Counted from the stretch's first letter, positions 1 through 9,173 are shown. The stretch: 32,556 bases of DNA from a virus (IMGVR_UViG_3300020043_001138:1-32556), one strand, 5' to 3'. Numbers and translations: made by a program. The notes: a model not told the origin generated them from the sequence alone.

Positions 1-121
1 AAATCTTTATCGCCTCTTGTACGTTGGTAATCTCGCTACCTTGAATTTCTACCTTCTCTTTGTTCTTGCCAACTAGCCAACCGAAGAGTCCAGTGAATCC
101 AGATATAATCGCAGGGAAAAT
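1..121. repeat. Terminal direct repeat, copy 1 (circular assembly overlap)
   Basis: Bases 1-121 (aaatctttat...gggaaaat) are identical to 32436-32556. Confidence 0.97.
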
Positions 122-145
122 TACGTTCTCAAAATCGAAGTTCAT
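1..145 (-). CDS. Putative holin, 5' part (gene spans the circular junction; 109 aa in total)
   Basis: Manual translation from ATG at 145: MNFDFENVIFPAIISGFTGLFGWLVGKNKEKVEIQGSEITNVQEAIKIW...; one N-terminal TM helix plus coiled coil; immediately upstream of the lysozyme; missing from the ORF track. Confidence 0.7.
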   Translation of the reverse strand, partial: MNFDFENVIFPAIISGFTGLFGWLVGKNKEKVEIQGSEITNVQEAIKI

Positions 146-148
146 ATC

Positions 149-439
149 TTACAAATGGCCTACTTGTGATTGTTCTTCTGGAGTAAGCTCCGCTTGTCTT
201 TCAGTAAGGCCAAGCGTATCTAGCGCCCAGTCTACAATAATTGAATCGTCTACGCCCCATTGCGAAACGATAGACTCAGGAATAATTAAATTCCCTTGCT
301 CAATCATTTTGTTGAATTGGCTTTGCATACAGAAATAAAGAGTTTGCTGAGGAGAATTTAAAGCGTAGTTAATTACGTTTAATTCTACTCTGTCAGCTAT
401 CTCTCTAACGCCTTGAACTGGTTCGATGAATACGATCAT
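149..439 (-). CDS. Hypothetical protein, tail-fibre-associated
   Basis: 96 aa ORF tightly packed between the fibre/adhesin genes and the holin. Confidence 0.6.
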   Translation of the reverse strand: MIVFIEPVQGVREIADRVELNVINYALNSPQQTLYFCMQSQFNKMIEQGNLIIPESIVSQWGVDDSIIVDWALDTLGLTERQAELTPEEQSQVGHL

Positions 440-440
440 A

Positions 441-710
441 TTAATCCTTTATAAATACCTCTAATAATTGAGCTTTAGCCAAAACAGTAAAGCTTTCTGA
501 ATCTTTAATAAATGTCTTTAAAGTTTCTTGGTCAGACTTATCTAAATCTAAAACCTCGCCTTTAAATAGTTTCTTTGCCCAATCCCAGAACTTTAAAGCA
601 TCGCCTTTGCTTGCTCCTGCTAAAGCTCCAGATAGCATTTTCCCTGCATTGCCACCTTCAAAAGCTACCTCGTCTAGACCTAAAAAGTCAAAGTTAAAAT
701 CTAATTTCAT
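441..710 (-). CDS. Hypothetical protein (possible fibre assembly chaperone)
   Basis: 89 aa acidic helical ORF downstream of the adhesin; preceded by the late motif at 731-742. Confidence 0.55.
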   Translation of the reverse strand: MKLDFNFDFLGLDEVAFEGGNAGKMLSGALAGASKGDALKFWDWAKKLFKGEVLDLDKSDQETLKTFIKDSESFTVLAKAQLLEVFIKD

Positions 711-730
711 TCTGTTAGTTGTTTGGTTCT

Positions 731-742
731 TTAATAAATAGC
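731..742 (-). promoter_or_regulatory. Putative late promoter motif GCTATTTATTAA
   Basis: The same 12-mer lies in the intergenic gaps at 8540-8551 and 17757-17768. Confidence 0.6.
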
Positions 743-753
743 AAAATTATATT

Positions 754-2889
754 TTATTTCGGAATATAATTACCATTAGAATCTACTTTAATATTAATTT
801 CAGCAAATCTTAACTTTGGATCTTTTGCTTGGCTCTTTACCCAAATACCATAATTTTCATTTGAATCAATATTTACATTAACTGTCTCTTGTATTCTTAT
901 CCCATTGTGATATAGTTCCAAATAAATATAAAGACCAAAATATTGAAAATTTTGAGGGAATGGAAATCCTTCACTTCTAGTTTCTAAATATGGATAATCA
1001 GCCTGAGCTAAAGTTGACCCTCTTGTTGGGTCGGTAAAAAATATATTTGTTATATAAAAATCATAATTTGAAGGAGTAGGAGTAATATTTATAGTTGTAA
1101 AAGTTTGCTCATAAACTCTTCTATATCTTAATTGTAATCCATTTAAATTGCTCGGAGTATTTTGAAATCTATATTTAAATTGAACCGCAAAATTATTAGT
1201 CCATCTAATTAAACCAGTTGTTTGGCTTATAAGATTGTTATTAACTTTTAAAGAGTAAGTAGTTAATTGAGCTATTTCTATTTGTTGACCAGTAGAATTA
1301 ACTGTTAATGGCGGATTTTCAGCAGTACTTATTCTAAAATAATCCATTGCCATAGGCAAGTAAAAATAAATTTGAACACCTCCTTGAACTGAAGTTTTAT
1401 TTGTTATTTCAATTAAACCAGATACTAAACTTTTATTAACATCAAATTTATCTGCATAAAAAGGATTAGCAAATTGAACTTGTACCTCAGTTAATGGATA
1501 AAATCCTGGAGGAGATACCTGGAGTAATATAATATCTGAAGCTGAAGGCGCATTATTTACATTTATTATACAAGAATAATAAGCATTGTCTGCTGGAGCT
1601 GCAAATATAGCACTTGGATTTAATGGATTAGTATAATTGTTATTTATAGATATTTGCCCTAAACTATAATTAGCCGCAGTACTAACGGTAATCTGCCATG
1701 TATTAGAATTTACTGGCGCAGCCAATCCGCCACCGTTTGCAGTTGCAGTAATTGAATATGAACCTACTGTTCCTCCGTATAATTTTAAAGTAAAATAGTC
1801 ATCATAACCTACATTTAATGATTGATTAGTTATAAGCTGAATTTGAGCTAAATTAATTACATTTATTGACCATCCAGCTGGAGCTTTTACTAAATCATTA
1901 TAAAGCAATCCGCTAGATAATGGTAAATTAATAGTAATTGTTCCAGCAGTAGGCTGAGTAAATGCTCGTATTCTTAAATTTATATTTCCAGTTCTATCTT
2001 CACTTATTGCAGTTGATCCACTAATATCTAATTGTAAAGTAGGATATTGAAAACCACAAGTCCCTTCGCTATTTGCTACCGCCTGAGCGTTTGCATCAAG
2101 CCAATTTATAGCTTGCGTTACAGATAGATTAGTGGCTTGAGCATCAGCATCTGCTTGGCTTATGTAACTTGTATAAGTATTAGTAAAGTAAGGACTCCAA
2201 ACTTGCACGAATGATCCAGTTCCAAACTCTCCGCAGTTATTACGCTGAAGCGTTCTATCTCTTCGCTCTGTTTTTGTAGCCGTATAGCTTGCAGTAGCTA
2301 CCGTAGTAGCAGTCGTATTAGAATATCGAATAGTATTATCGCCTCCGCCTACGCAAGATGCTTGATTGTAATAAGTTCCCGAATAGAAAGTCTTAATGAT
2401 AATGTAGAACGAAGCAGACTGCCCTACTCCTAGCGATCCGGTATAAGTAATCGTTACATTCTGATTTACTACCGTATAAGTCATGTCGCTACCAGTTACG
2501 GAGCTAATGATTATATTGTTTGGAATTGTATCGTAAATGGTAATATTACCGCTAGTAGAGGCTTCTCCGTTATTTGTAACGGTTAAAAAGTAATTAAAGA
2601 ACTCGCCAGCGTTAGCAGTTGTAGCAGCTTGTTTTGTAATCTGAAGGAATGGCTTTGGCACTCCGCAAGTCTGACAGTATCTGTACCATTCATCAGGGAA
2701 AACCGTAGGCAAAATGCCATCTGGTTTATAAGGCGAATTTTGGTTTAATGGAATAGTCTGCCCTGAAGCGTTTTGTAATTGTCCAAGCTCGGCCAATGTA
2801 ATAGAAATCGGAGGATTCTGTAAAGATTCCCCCGTTATTTCATTGTACACATCTGCAAAGGACATTTGTCCCGAAGCTTGTAAAGCCAT
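754..2889 (-). CDS. Putative receptor-binding adhesin with DUF11-like Ig domains and a DUF5977-like domain
   Basis: N-terminus MALQASGQMSFADVYNEITG typical of fibre-tip adhesins; LQITKQ...YFLTVTNNG...ITIYDTIP (DUF11-like); QRNNCG...YTSYISQADADAQA...AQAVANSEGTC (DUF5977-like); follows the tail fibre. Confidence 0.7.
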   Translation of the reverse strand: MALQASGQMSFADVYNEITGESLQNPPISITLAELGQLQNASGQTIPLNQNSPYKPDGILPTVFPDEWYRYCQTCGVPKPFLQITKQAATTANAGEFFNYFLTVTNNGEASTSGNITIYDTIPNNIIISSVTGSDMTYTVVNQNVTITYTGSLGVGQSASFYIIIKTFYSGTYYNQASCVGGGDNTIRYSNTTATTVATASYTATKTERRDRTLQRNNCGEFGTGSFVQVWSPYFTNTYTSYISQADADAQATNLSVTQAINWLDANAQAVANSEGTCGFQYPTLQLDISGSTAISEDRTGNINLRIRAFTQPTAGTITINLPLSSGLLYNDLVKAPAGWSINVINLAQIQLITNQSLNVGYDDYFTLKLYGGTVGSYSITATANGGGLAAPVNSNTWQITVSTAANYSLGQISINNNYTNPLNPSAIFAAPADNAYYSCIINVNNAPSASDIILLQVSPPGFYPLTEVQVQFANPFYADKFDVNKSLVSGLIEITNKTSVQGGVQIYFYLPMAMDYFRISTAENPPLTVNSTGQQIEIAQLTTYSLKVNNNLISQTTGLIRWTNNFAVQFKYRFQNTPSNLNGLQLRYRRVYEQTFTTINITPTPSNYDFYITNIFFTDPTRGSTLAQADYPYLETRSEGFPFPQNFQYFGLYIYLELYHNGIRIQETVNVNIDSNENYGIWVKSQAKDPKLRFAEINIKVDSNGNYIPK

Positions 2890-2890
2890 A

Positions 2891-5065
2891 CTACTTTGTT
2901 AGACCTTCAACAATAGCTCTTAATGACTCGTTGTCTTTCTTTAAATCCTTAATAGCCTCAATTAATAGCGCTGAAATGTTTCCGTATTCAACACCCATAA
3001 GACCATCGTTTCCTTTGTTAACAATTTCAGGTAAAACTTTGTCAATCTCTTGAGCAATTACTCCAGCATGGCGATCTTCATCGTAGATAGTATTGTAAGT
3101 ATAGCCAGAGATTTCACTAACTTTTTGCAAAGCATTTTCTATGCGCTCAATGTTTTTCTTTAGGCGTACATCGGAGTTTGCAGTAATTGAACCAGTCGCG
3201 CGGATAGAACCTGAAACATACAAGCGCTCTCCGTTGTCGGTAGTAGTATTTAAAAGTAAATTACCTCCTGAAGTAAAACGCGCTCTTTCTGTATCATTTG
3301 AAAACATTATTAGAGGCATTGATGCTCCAGCTTGAAGAGCCATTCCTGTTTCGTCTGCATAAACATATCCCCTTGTAGTTGTTCCGCTTAACATTCTTAT
3401 TCCTCCACCAGCAGAACCTCCAATAACTATTGTACCATAATTAGCACCGATTCGAGAAATATTTGTTGTGTTAACACCTATTAATCCATCCGAAGTAATC
3501 CGCATGCGTTCGGTATCATTAGTTTCAAATGCCCAATAACCATTTTCTCTATTAGTCATAGTAACATTGTTACCATCTACTAACATTCTAAAACCATTTG
3601 AACCAGTACCAGTCGTTCCATTTTGCATGTGTAATTGCGAAAAAGAACTTCCGTATAATGTTAATTGGCTATTAGTTTCAGGCGAACTCGTTCCAATACC
3701 TACGTTACCAGCAGAAGTAATCCGCATACGTTCAGTTCCAGCAGTATTATAAATTAATGCTCCTGCTGAATATGTTTCAAGATTTGTACCATCATTAAAA
3801 ATATATGCTTTACCTACTCCTCCACTTCCAAAGCTTAATATACTTGTACTTGTACCATTTATAGTTACAGATGTTCTATTAGTAGTAACGTTTAATGGAG
3901 TTTCTGTTCCAATTCCTAAAGCAGTTCCAGTATCGTAAATTAAACTATTACCAATTGCACTAGAAGAAGTCCATTTAGCATGATAGCCACTTGTTCCAGT
4001 TCCAGTAACTGGATTAGTAAGTACTCCTTGATATTGTGGAATGTTTAAAGTTCCACCGCTAAAAGTTGCAGCTCCTGAAGTTCCAGTAGTAGTTAGCGTA
4101 ATAGTACCTTGCTTGTTATTAAAAGTAGACCAATCAGTAGAAGATAAGAATCCGCTAACTGTTGAGCTTGCTTGCTTAACTTGAATGCTAGTTCCTGAAC
4201 CTATTACTGCTCCAGTTCCGCCAGTAATTGTCAATACTGAGCTTGTCGCTTCTGTTAAATTTCCAATTGTTAAAGCTGATTGCTTACCGTTAAATGTATT
4301 CCAATCAGTTGCACTTAAATATCCATCTGTTGAAGTAGTAGCTTGAGTAATACCTATCGCACCGGTAGAACTATTGTAAGTTATTGGCGCACTTCCGCTT
4401 AATGAAGTCAAAGAAATACCACCTAATCCTGCAAGCGTATAAGTTGGCACATTTAAAACTCCAGTCGTATTGTTATAAGTAGAAGCTCCGCTTGATCCGT
4501 TAGTAGTCAAAGAGATTAAAGCACGAATGCTTGAATCTGTGTAAACTGTACCAGAGTAGCTAATAGCACCAGTACTTGAGTTGTAACTAATTCCAGTCCC
4601 TGCGCTAAATAAAGCTCTAATTGACGAATCTGTGTAAACCGTTCCAGAATAAGAAATTACTCCAGTAGAACTATTGTAAGTAATTCCAGTGCCTCCACTC
4701 AAAAAACTTGCAGTAATACCACCAAGTCCAGCTAAGGTATAAGTAGGAACGTTTAAAACTCCAGTAGAAGAAGAATAAGTAGAAGCTCCAGAAGAACCGG
4801 TAGTAGTTAAGCTTATTGCAGCTCTTGCTCTAGCCTCTGTAAAATATCTATTAGTTGGCGAAGCTAGTTCTTGGATGTCATCTGTATCAAGTACTACCGT
4901 ACCTACTAATCCGTTTACTGAAATTACCGCGCCACCGATTGCAGCTTGCAAGTCGGCAATAGTCTTCTTATATAACTGCCCAGTAGTCGCATCTCCTAAC
5001 GGAAATAAATCCGTACTCTGAATCGTAGTCTTAGCTACTAATTGGTTTATTTTTTTATTTGCCAT
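2891..5065 (-). CDS. Tail fibre with C-terminal peptidase S74 intramolecular chaperone
   Basis: Gly/Ser/Thr-rich repeats and ERMRITS repeats; C-terminal SDVRLKKNI...GVIAQEI...LPEIV...GVEYGNISALLIEAIKDL. Confidence 0.9.
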   Translation of the reverse strand: MANKKINQLVAKTTIQSTDLFPLGDATTGQLYKKTIADLQAAIGGAVISVNGLVGTVVLDTDDIQELASPTNRYFTEARARAAISLTTTGSSGASTYSSSTGVLNVPTYTLAGLGGITASFLSGGTGITYNSSTGVISYSGTVYTDSSIRALFSAGTGISYNSSTGAISYSGTVYTDSSIRALISLTTNGSSGASTYNNTTGVLNVPTYTLAGLGGISLTSLSGSAPITYNSSTGAIGITQATTSTDGYLSATDWNTFNGKQSALTIGNLTEATSSVLTITGGTGAVIGSGTSIQVKQASSTVSGFLSSTDWSTFNNKQGTITLTTTGTSGAATFSGGTLNIPQYQGVLTNPVTGTGTSGYHAKWTSSSAIGNSLIYDTGTALGIGTETPLNVTTNRTSVTINGTSTSILSFGSGGVGKAYIFNDGTNLETYSAGALIYNTAGTERMRITSAGNVGIGTSSPETNSQLTLYGSSFSQLHMQNGTTGTGSNGFRMLVDGNNVTMTNRENGYWAFETNDTERMRITSDGLIGVNTTNISRIGANYGTIVIGGSAGGGIRMLSGTTTRGYVYADETGMALQAGASMPLIMFSNDTERARFTSGGNLLLNTTTDNGERLYVSGSIRATGSITANSDVRLKKNIERIENALQKVSEISGYTYNTIYDEDRHAGVIAQEIDKVLPEIVNKGNDGLMGVEYGNISALLIEAIKDLKKDNESLRAIVEGLTK
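4030..4830 (-). repeat. Internal protein repeats in the fibre shaft
   Basis: ISLTTxGSSGASTY..TGVLNVPTYTLAGLGGI x2; GTGI[TS]YNSSTG.ISYSGTVYTDSSIRAL x2; G[YF]LS.TDW.TFN.KQ x2. Confidence 0.85.
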
Positions 5066-5523
5066 TAACTTGGATAATTAAAATCAGTAGGAATTTGACA
5101 TCTATTTGAAAGCATAGGGAAGCTAACTGTTACGTCCGCCTTCACTCCTGCTAAGTAATCTTTTTCATTTTCAGTAAAGTACTCTAAACTAATACTTTCG
5201 CCAATCTCCCAATCAAATTTAGGATGCTTAAACATTGAAACAATATCTTGAGCGATTAGCAATTGATCAGACAAAACCTCTGTCTCATTGCTTTCGTCTT
5301 GAAGTTGTCTATCTAAGAAGAATAAGCTAAAGTTTAAGTCTAAAGATTTGCCGTTTATTTGGCTTCCAGTAAGCGAATAAAACATCGCTGGGTAAACATT
5401 ATCAGCTTGTGCTAAAAACTCCCACACATCGCCAAAATAGACCGTATTAATTTGGTCGTGGCTTTGTGCTATGTCCCTTATCAGCTTGACTGTCTGATTT
5501 AATGTTAGTTGTTTTATCGCCAT
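5065..5523 (-). CDS. Putative tail terminator / tail-completion protein
   Basis: 152 aa; INTVYFGD...YPAMF...EVLSDQLLIAQDI pattern; follows the head-tail adaptor. Confidence 0.6.
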   Translation of the reverse strand: MAIKQLTLNQTVKLIRDIAQSHDQINTVYFGDVWEFLAQADNVYPAMFYSLTGSQINGKSLDLNFSLFFLDRQLQDESNETEVLSDQLLIAQDIVSMFKHPKFDWEIGESISLEYFTENEKDYLAGVKADVTVSFPMLSNRCQIPTDFNYPS

Positions 5524-5581
5524 TTTGACTTAAATAAATCTTCAGTTTTTCAATGTTTTTTCTACTATAATCTTTCGGCAT
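5447..5581 (-). CDS. Small basic hypothetical protein (44 aa, MPKDYSRKNIEKLKIYL...)
   Basis: ATG directly after the adaptor stop (TAATATG), filling the gap before the next gene; 3' end overlaps the next gene. Confidence 0.4.
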   Translation of the reverse strand: MPKDYSRKNIEKLKIYLSQNGDKTTNIKSDSQADKGHSTKPRPN

Positions 5582-5582
5582 A

Positions 5583-6167
5583 TTAGCAACAGAAACCAGT
5601 TTGACCTTGATACTTTTCTTCGAATGATAAACCGCTTCCGCATCCTTCACAATCGCCTAAGTAAATAGTCGTAGAATATGCAGAATTATCTGGATGAATT
5701 GCATCTAGTCCAGAACCTGGATTCAAATATAAATTGTACTTTCCTTGCGCTGCGTTCTGCTTCAAGAACTTAACCATTCGCTCCGCGTAAAACTCAGCTC
5801 TCTTGCGATACCTTGAAGAAATGTCTAGTAAGTCTTGCATCTGTGGCTGATCTGTATTATCAGAAGTTTTGCGTACTAAGCCTTTGTTATAGAATTGGTA
5901 GCTAAGTCCAGTAGGTAGCTCAGATAGAACGTAGTAGATAAGCGTATCAGTTACAAAGTTGTCCAATAGTGCAACTTCATCAGCCGTTAAATTGTTCGCA
6001 TCTATGCCATCTTGCAAGCGCTCGTACAAAGCAGAACCAAGTAAAGGATGAATGTACATATCTTGTGCCGTCTTAATTTCTGGCAAGACCAGTTTATCGT
6101 CTACATTTGCATGAAGTCCAGTTCTCTCCTTGATTGAACTAACTGAAATAAATAAAGTATTCTTCAT
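5583..6167 (-). CDS. Putative head-tail adaptor
   Basis: 194 aa directly after the portal; IKTAQDMYIHPLLGSALYERL motif typical of Bacteroidota phage adaptors. Confidence 0.65.
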   Translation of the reverse strand: MKNTLFISVSSIKERTGLHANVDDKLVLPEIKTAQDMYIHPLLGSALYERLQDGIDANNLTADEVALLDNFVTDTLIYYVLSELPTGLSYQFYNKGLVRKTSDNTDQPQMQDLLDISSRYRKRAEFYAERMVKFLKQNAAQGKYNLYLNPGSGLDAIHPDNSAYSTTIYLGDCEGCGSGLSFEEKYQGQTGFCC

Positions 6168-6168
6168 T

Positions 6169-8154
6169 CTATCCTTTTTTAATTACTGTCTGTGCCATCC
6201 ACAAATGTCTGCAACTTGGAGAATGCTCTCCGTTTGGCATTGTCCACCAACCGCCTCTGCGATCAAATACTGAATAACCTAATCTTGCACTTACCGCTTC
6301 AATTTCAGCTCTTGTGTAAAGCCTATCTAATGTCATTAACCTAGCGCAGAATTGTCTGCTTGGATGTTCTGAGCTATTACGCTCGCTTACTGGAATGCTG
6401 CTTCTCCATTCGTAACTATAACGTACTTGGAAAGTAGTAGTCTGTGGCTTAGGAGCATTCAATTGACTCAATGGCTTTAATAAGCTATGCTCAATCGTTC
6501 CATTAACAGTAGCAGGTTTAATAACATCTCTAGAAATTAATCCTTCAATAACTTTTCGAATTATATTTACATCCGTTCTAGTTGTTCCTGCAATTACCTC
6601 TGGAGTAATGCGCTTATCCTTCTGAATTAAGTCTAAGATATTAGCCTCTAAAACTGTTAGCGATTGCTCTGCAAATTCCAAGTGCATTTCTTCTTCTTGC
6701 TTGCTTGCATTACTTGAAAATACTTCCTTCGATTTGAAGATTGCATATTCACTTTTACTTTCGCCAAATTCTGCAAATATCGAAATAACCTCATCCTCCG
6801 AAAATTTAGTTTTTGCTTTAGAGAACTCCTCAAATGAACCAGCATCTGGTACTATTTGCTCTCCTTCTGGAGTTGCTAATAAACCTACGATTGCTCTAAT
6901 CTCGTTAGCAGTCATAGAGTTTAATACCTTAGTTGCTACGATAGGAGATAAGCTATTAATCGCGTCTACTGTGTCTTGGATAGTTGACGTAGTCTTAGCC
7001 TCTAAAGCTGGAGCTCCAAGCTTCTCACGAATCTCGTCCTTAGTTAAGTTAGCTGCAATAATAGTAGTATCAAACTCGATGCCTATTGGCTCTACCGGTA
7101 CGATTTGCAGTAGCCCTGAAGTACCGTGTAATTTGGCAAGTAGATTGAATACTTGCTCAAGATATATTTGCTTATCATTAACGTAAGTATTTTTAAATAT
7201 CTCGTAAGAATCGCGCATCTGCTGGCGTGATCCTAATTGGCCAGGAGTAGCGATACCAAATAAATCTGGCGCAGTAATCTGGTGTCCAGCGTATAAGTTC
7301 TGCTGAATTAATTTATCTACATTCTGGAAATCTTCCTTAGTAATATCTGAAGCTCCTAAGTCATCTACGATAGGCTTGCGTGAAGCATCATTTGTAAAGC
7401 TAAGAATAAACTTCTTACCATCTGAACCAGTAAAGCGATCCGTAAACTTGCGCTCAATTGTGCGCTTCTCGTCATCTGTTGGCTCTCCATTAGGCAAAGT
7501 GATTAACTTGCTTGCGCTGAATCCAGTCTGAGCGTTTCCTAAAACGTGCTTAGAAATCTCGATGTCTGATTCAATGTAATTTAACGCACCGAAATAACCT
7601 GGTAAAGCATAAGCATTAAGATTAGGACGATACTCCTTTAGATAAAGAATCTGAGTGCCAGTTCTTACTTGTGAATTGAAAGCGTTATAAACTTCTTTCT
7701 TGTATTTTTGATCCTTCCAATTATCCGAATACCAGTACTGCGTATTGTCTTCGTTGGCTCTTACTTTTGTGTAGTCTAAGTGATAAATCTCAGAAAGATT
7801 TCCACCTACTTGACTCCATACTATTTGCATATAAGCTCCTCCGAATATTTCAATATCAGTAGAAACTTTGCGTAAAATTTCGGTTAACGATTCTGATTGA
7901 TTTGCGCTTGCGATGAATTGTTCACCAATGGGATCGGCGTCCCCTACGATTTTGAAACCATTACCAGTAATGTAGTTAACCTTGCCTTTGATAATCGCAT
8001 TATGCTTCGCGGACTTGTTAAACAAATCAACTAGATAATTCGGATATTCGTTTTTGTGTCCAAACTCAATATAGCCTCCGCCTTCTCCTTTCTTCTCTCT
8101 GTATTCTGGTTGCTTGGCTTCTGCAAAAGAAAGCACTAATAATTCATTGCTCAT
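6169..8154 (-). CDS. Portal protein with C-terminal wHTH-like and MuF-like extensions
   Basis: FG..NEYPNYL...SAKHNAIIKGKVNYITGNG, DIEIFGGAYMQIVW, Y.LPGY.GA, H.IT.P.LFGI...G.LG portal motifs; C-terminal SRQFC...GGWW...CRHLW. Confidence 0.85.
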   Translation of the reverse strand: MSNELLVLSFAEAKQPEYREKKGEGGGYIEFGHKNEYPNYLVDLFNKSAKHNAIIKGKVNYITGNGFKIVGDADPIGEQFIASANQSESLTEILRKVSTDIEIFGGAYMQIVWSQVGGNLSEIYHLDYTKVRANEDNTQYWYSDNWKDQKYKKEVYNAFNSQVRTGTQILYLKEYRPNLNAYALPGYFGALNYIESDIEISKHVLGNAQTGFSASKLITLPNGEPTDDEKRTIERKFTDRFTGSDGKKFILSFTNDASRKPIVDDLGASDITKEDFQNVDKLIQQNLYAGHQITAPDLFGIATPGQLGSRQQMRDSYEIFKNTYVNDKQIYLEQVFNLLAKLHGTSGLLQIVPVEPIGIEFDTTIIAANLTKDEIREKLGAPALEAKTTSTIQDTVDAINSLSPIVATKVLNSMTANEIRAIVGLLATPEGEQIVPDAGSFEEFSKAKTKFSEDEVISIFAEFGESKSEYAIFKSKEVFSSNASKQEEEMHLEFAEQSLTVLEANILDLIQKDKRITPEVIAGTTRTDVNIIRKVIEGLISRDVIKPATVNGTIEHSLLKPLSQLNAPKPQTTTFQVRYSYEWRSSIPVSERNSSEHPSRQFCARLMTLDRLYTRAEIEAVSARLGYSVFDRRGGWWTMPNGEHSPSCRHLWMAQTVIKKG

Positions 8155-8537
8155 ATATCTCGTACTTTGTAAGTATTCGGTGTATTTGTGTAGCTAGTAA
8201 AGCTAAAATCAGTTGCGTCTTTTAGGTTCATTTGACCTACTTCTACTATGCCAGTAGCATTCGCTGGATTAGTATTACTTGTGCTTGTTTGCTCGTAGAT
8301 TGTGTAGGTATATTCTCCGCTTGTCTTATTTGCAAAGTGCGTATTAACTACAATATTAAAGCTATTAAACCTTTCTTTATAGCTAGACAAATCTGCGCTT
8401 CCAAGAACTACAAAGCTTACTGTCTCATTTGTTACTCTTGACTTAAAAATAAATAGCCAATTTGGGGAAGTCAATGTAGCCTTCTCTGTCAGCGTTAAAA
8501 CTATATTCTCAGTCTGTCCTTTAGTCAAATGAATCAT
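8151..8537 (-). CDS. Virion structural protein (beta-rich, Ig-like)
   Basis: 128 aa; GEYTYTIYEQ...IVEVG motif; ATGA overlap with the portal. Confidence 0.55.
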   Translation of the reverse strand: MIHLTKGQTENIVLTLTEKATLTSPNWLFIFKSRVTNETVSFVVLGSADLSSYKERFNSFNIVVNTHFANKTSGEYTYTIYEQTSTSNTNPANATGIVEVGQMNLKDATDFSFTSYTNTPNTYKVRDI

Positions 8538-8551
8538 CGTTAATAAATAGC
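8536..8551 (-). promoter_or_regulatory. Putative late promoter motif GCTATTTATTAACGAT
   Basis: 16-bp exact copy at 17753-17768; abuts the start codon, just after a terminator. Confidence 0.65.
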
Positions 8552-8577
8552 ATTTAATTTATTTTTATCCTTAAACG

Positions 8578-8604
8578 AAAAAAGGGTAGGACTTCTGCCT
8601 ACCC
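8578..8604 (-). terminator. Rho-independent terminator after the tail tube gene
   Basis: Minus strand GGGTAGG-CAGAAGT-CCTACCC followed by TTTTTT. Confidence 0.85.
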
Positions 8605-8632
8605 AATTCTCTCGCCAACCAAACGAACTATC

Positions 8633-9151
8633 TTACGAAGCTACCGTTAAACCTGCGATAATACCAGATGAAACCTCTGGAGCTAACTCGCCTTCAGAAC
8701 CGCTGAAAGTCAAAGTGTAACCAGAACGATCTCCCTGAGCAGTACCAGTAGCACCAGAACCGCCAGTGATATTGATACCATGAACTTTACCTAAGTACCA
8801 ATACTTTCCGTTATTGTCTCCTACTACTGCTGCTAAAGTATTCTGAGCAAGTAATAAAATCTCATTGCGAGTATTAGCTTGTAATTTGTTTAATATAATG
8901 GATAATTCTTGTGCGTAGAATACCGTACCATTTTGAACTGAAGCGTTGATATTCTCAGTAAGAGAAGAAGTACCAGGTACTAATTCATACTTACGGAAAA
9001 CTTTACTTGAAGCTTTAACTACTGCCGTAATAACGCCAGAAGCTTGAGTTGTTGAAGTAACGTTGCCTTTTTCAATGAAGTAAACTTCGGTAATCCCACC
9101 TAAAGAATCTCTACAATCTAATGTATATCCTTGAGTCAATGCGCAAGCCAT
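8633..9151 (-). CDS. Major tail (tube) protein
   Basis: MACALTQGYTLDCRDSLGGI...NGTVFYAQEL...GTAQGDRSGYTLTFSG.E, typical of Bacteroidota siphovirus tube proteins; follows the capsid gene. Confidence 0.75.
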   Translation of the reverse strand: MACALTQGYTLDCRDSLGGITEVYFIEKGNVTSTTQASGVITAVVKASSKVFRKYELVPGTSSLTENINASVQNGTVFYAQELSIILNKLQANTRNEILLLAQNTLAAVVGDNNGKYWYLGKVHGINITGGSGATGTAQGDRSGYTLTFSGSEGELAPEVSSGIIAGLTVAS

Positions 9152-9173
9152 ATTATTGTTTCTTTAAAGTGTT

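Noticed and set aside
1-121. Biological direct terminal repeat
   Set aside because: It falls mid-gene (holin) and its length fits an assembler overlap; it shows circularity, not the packaged ends
754-5065. Diversity-generating retroelement or invertible shufflon acting on the fibre or adhesin
   Set aside because: No reverse transcriptase or invertase, no adenine-specific TR/VR pair seen, and no inverted cassettes
6657-6845. Nested minus-strand ORF in the portal (likewise 16050..16235 in the tail gene)
   Set aside because: Alternate-frame ORFs without motifs or initiation signals
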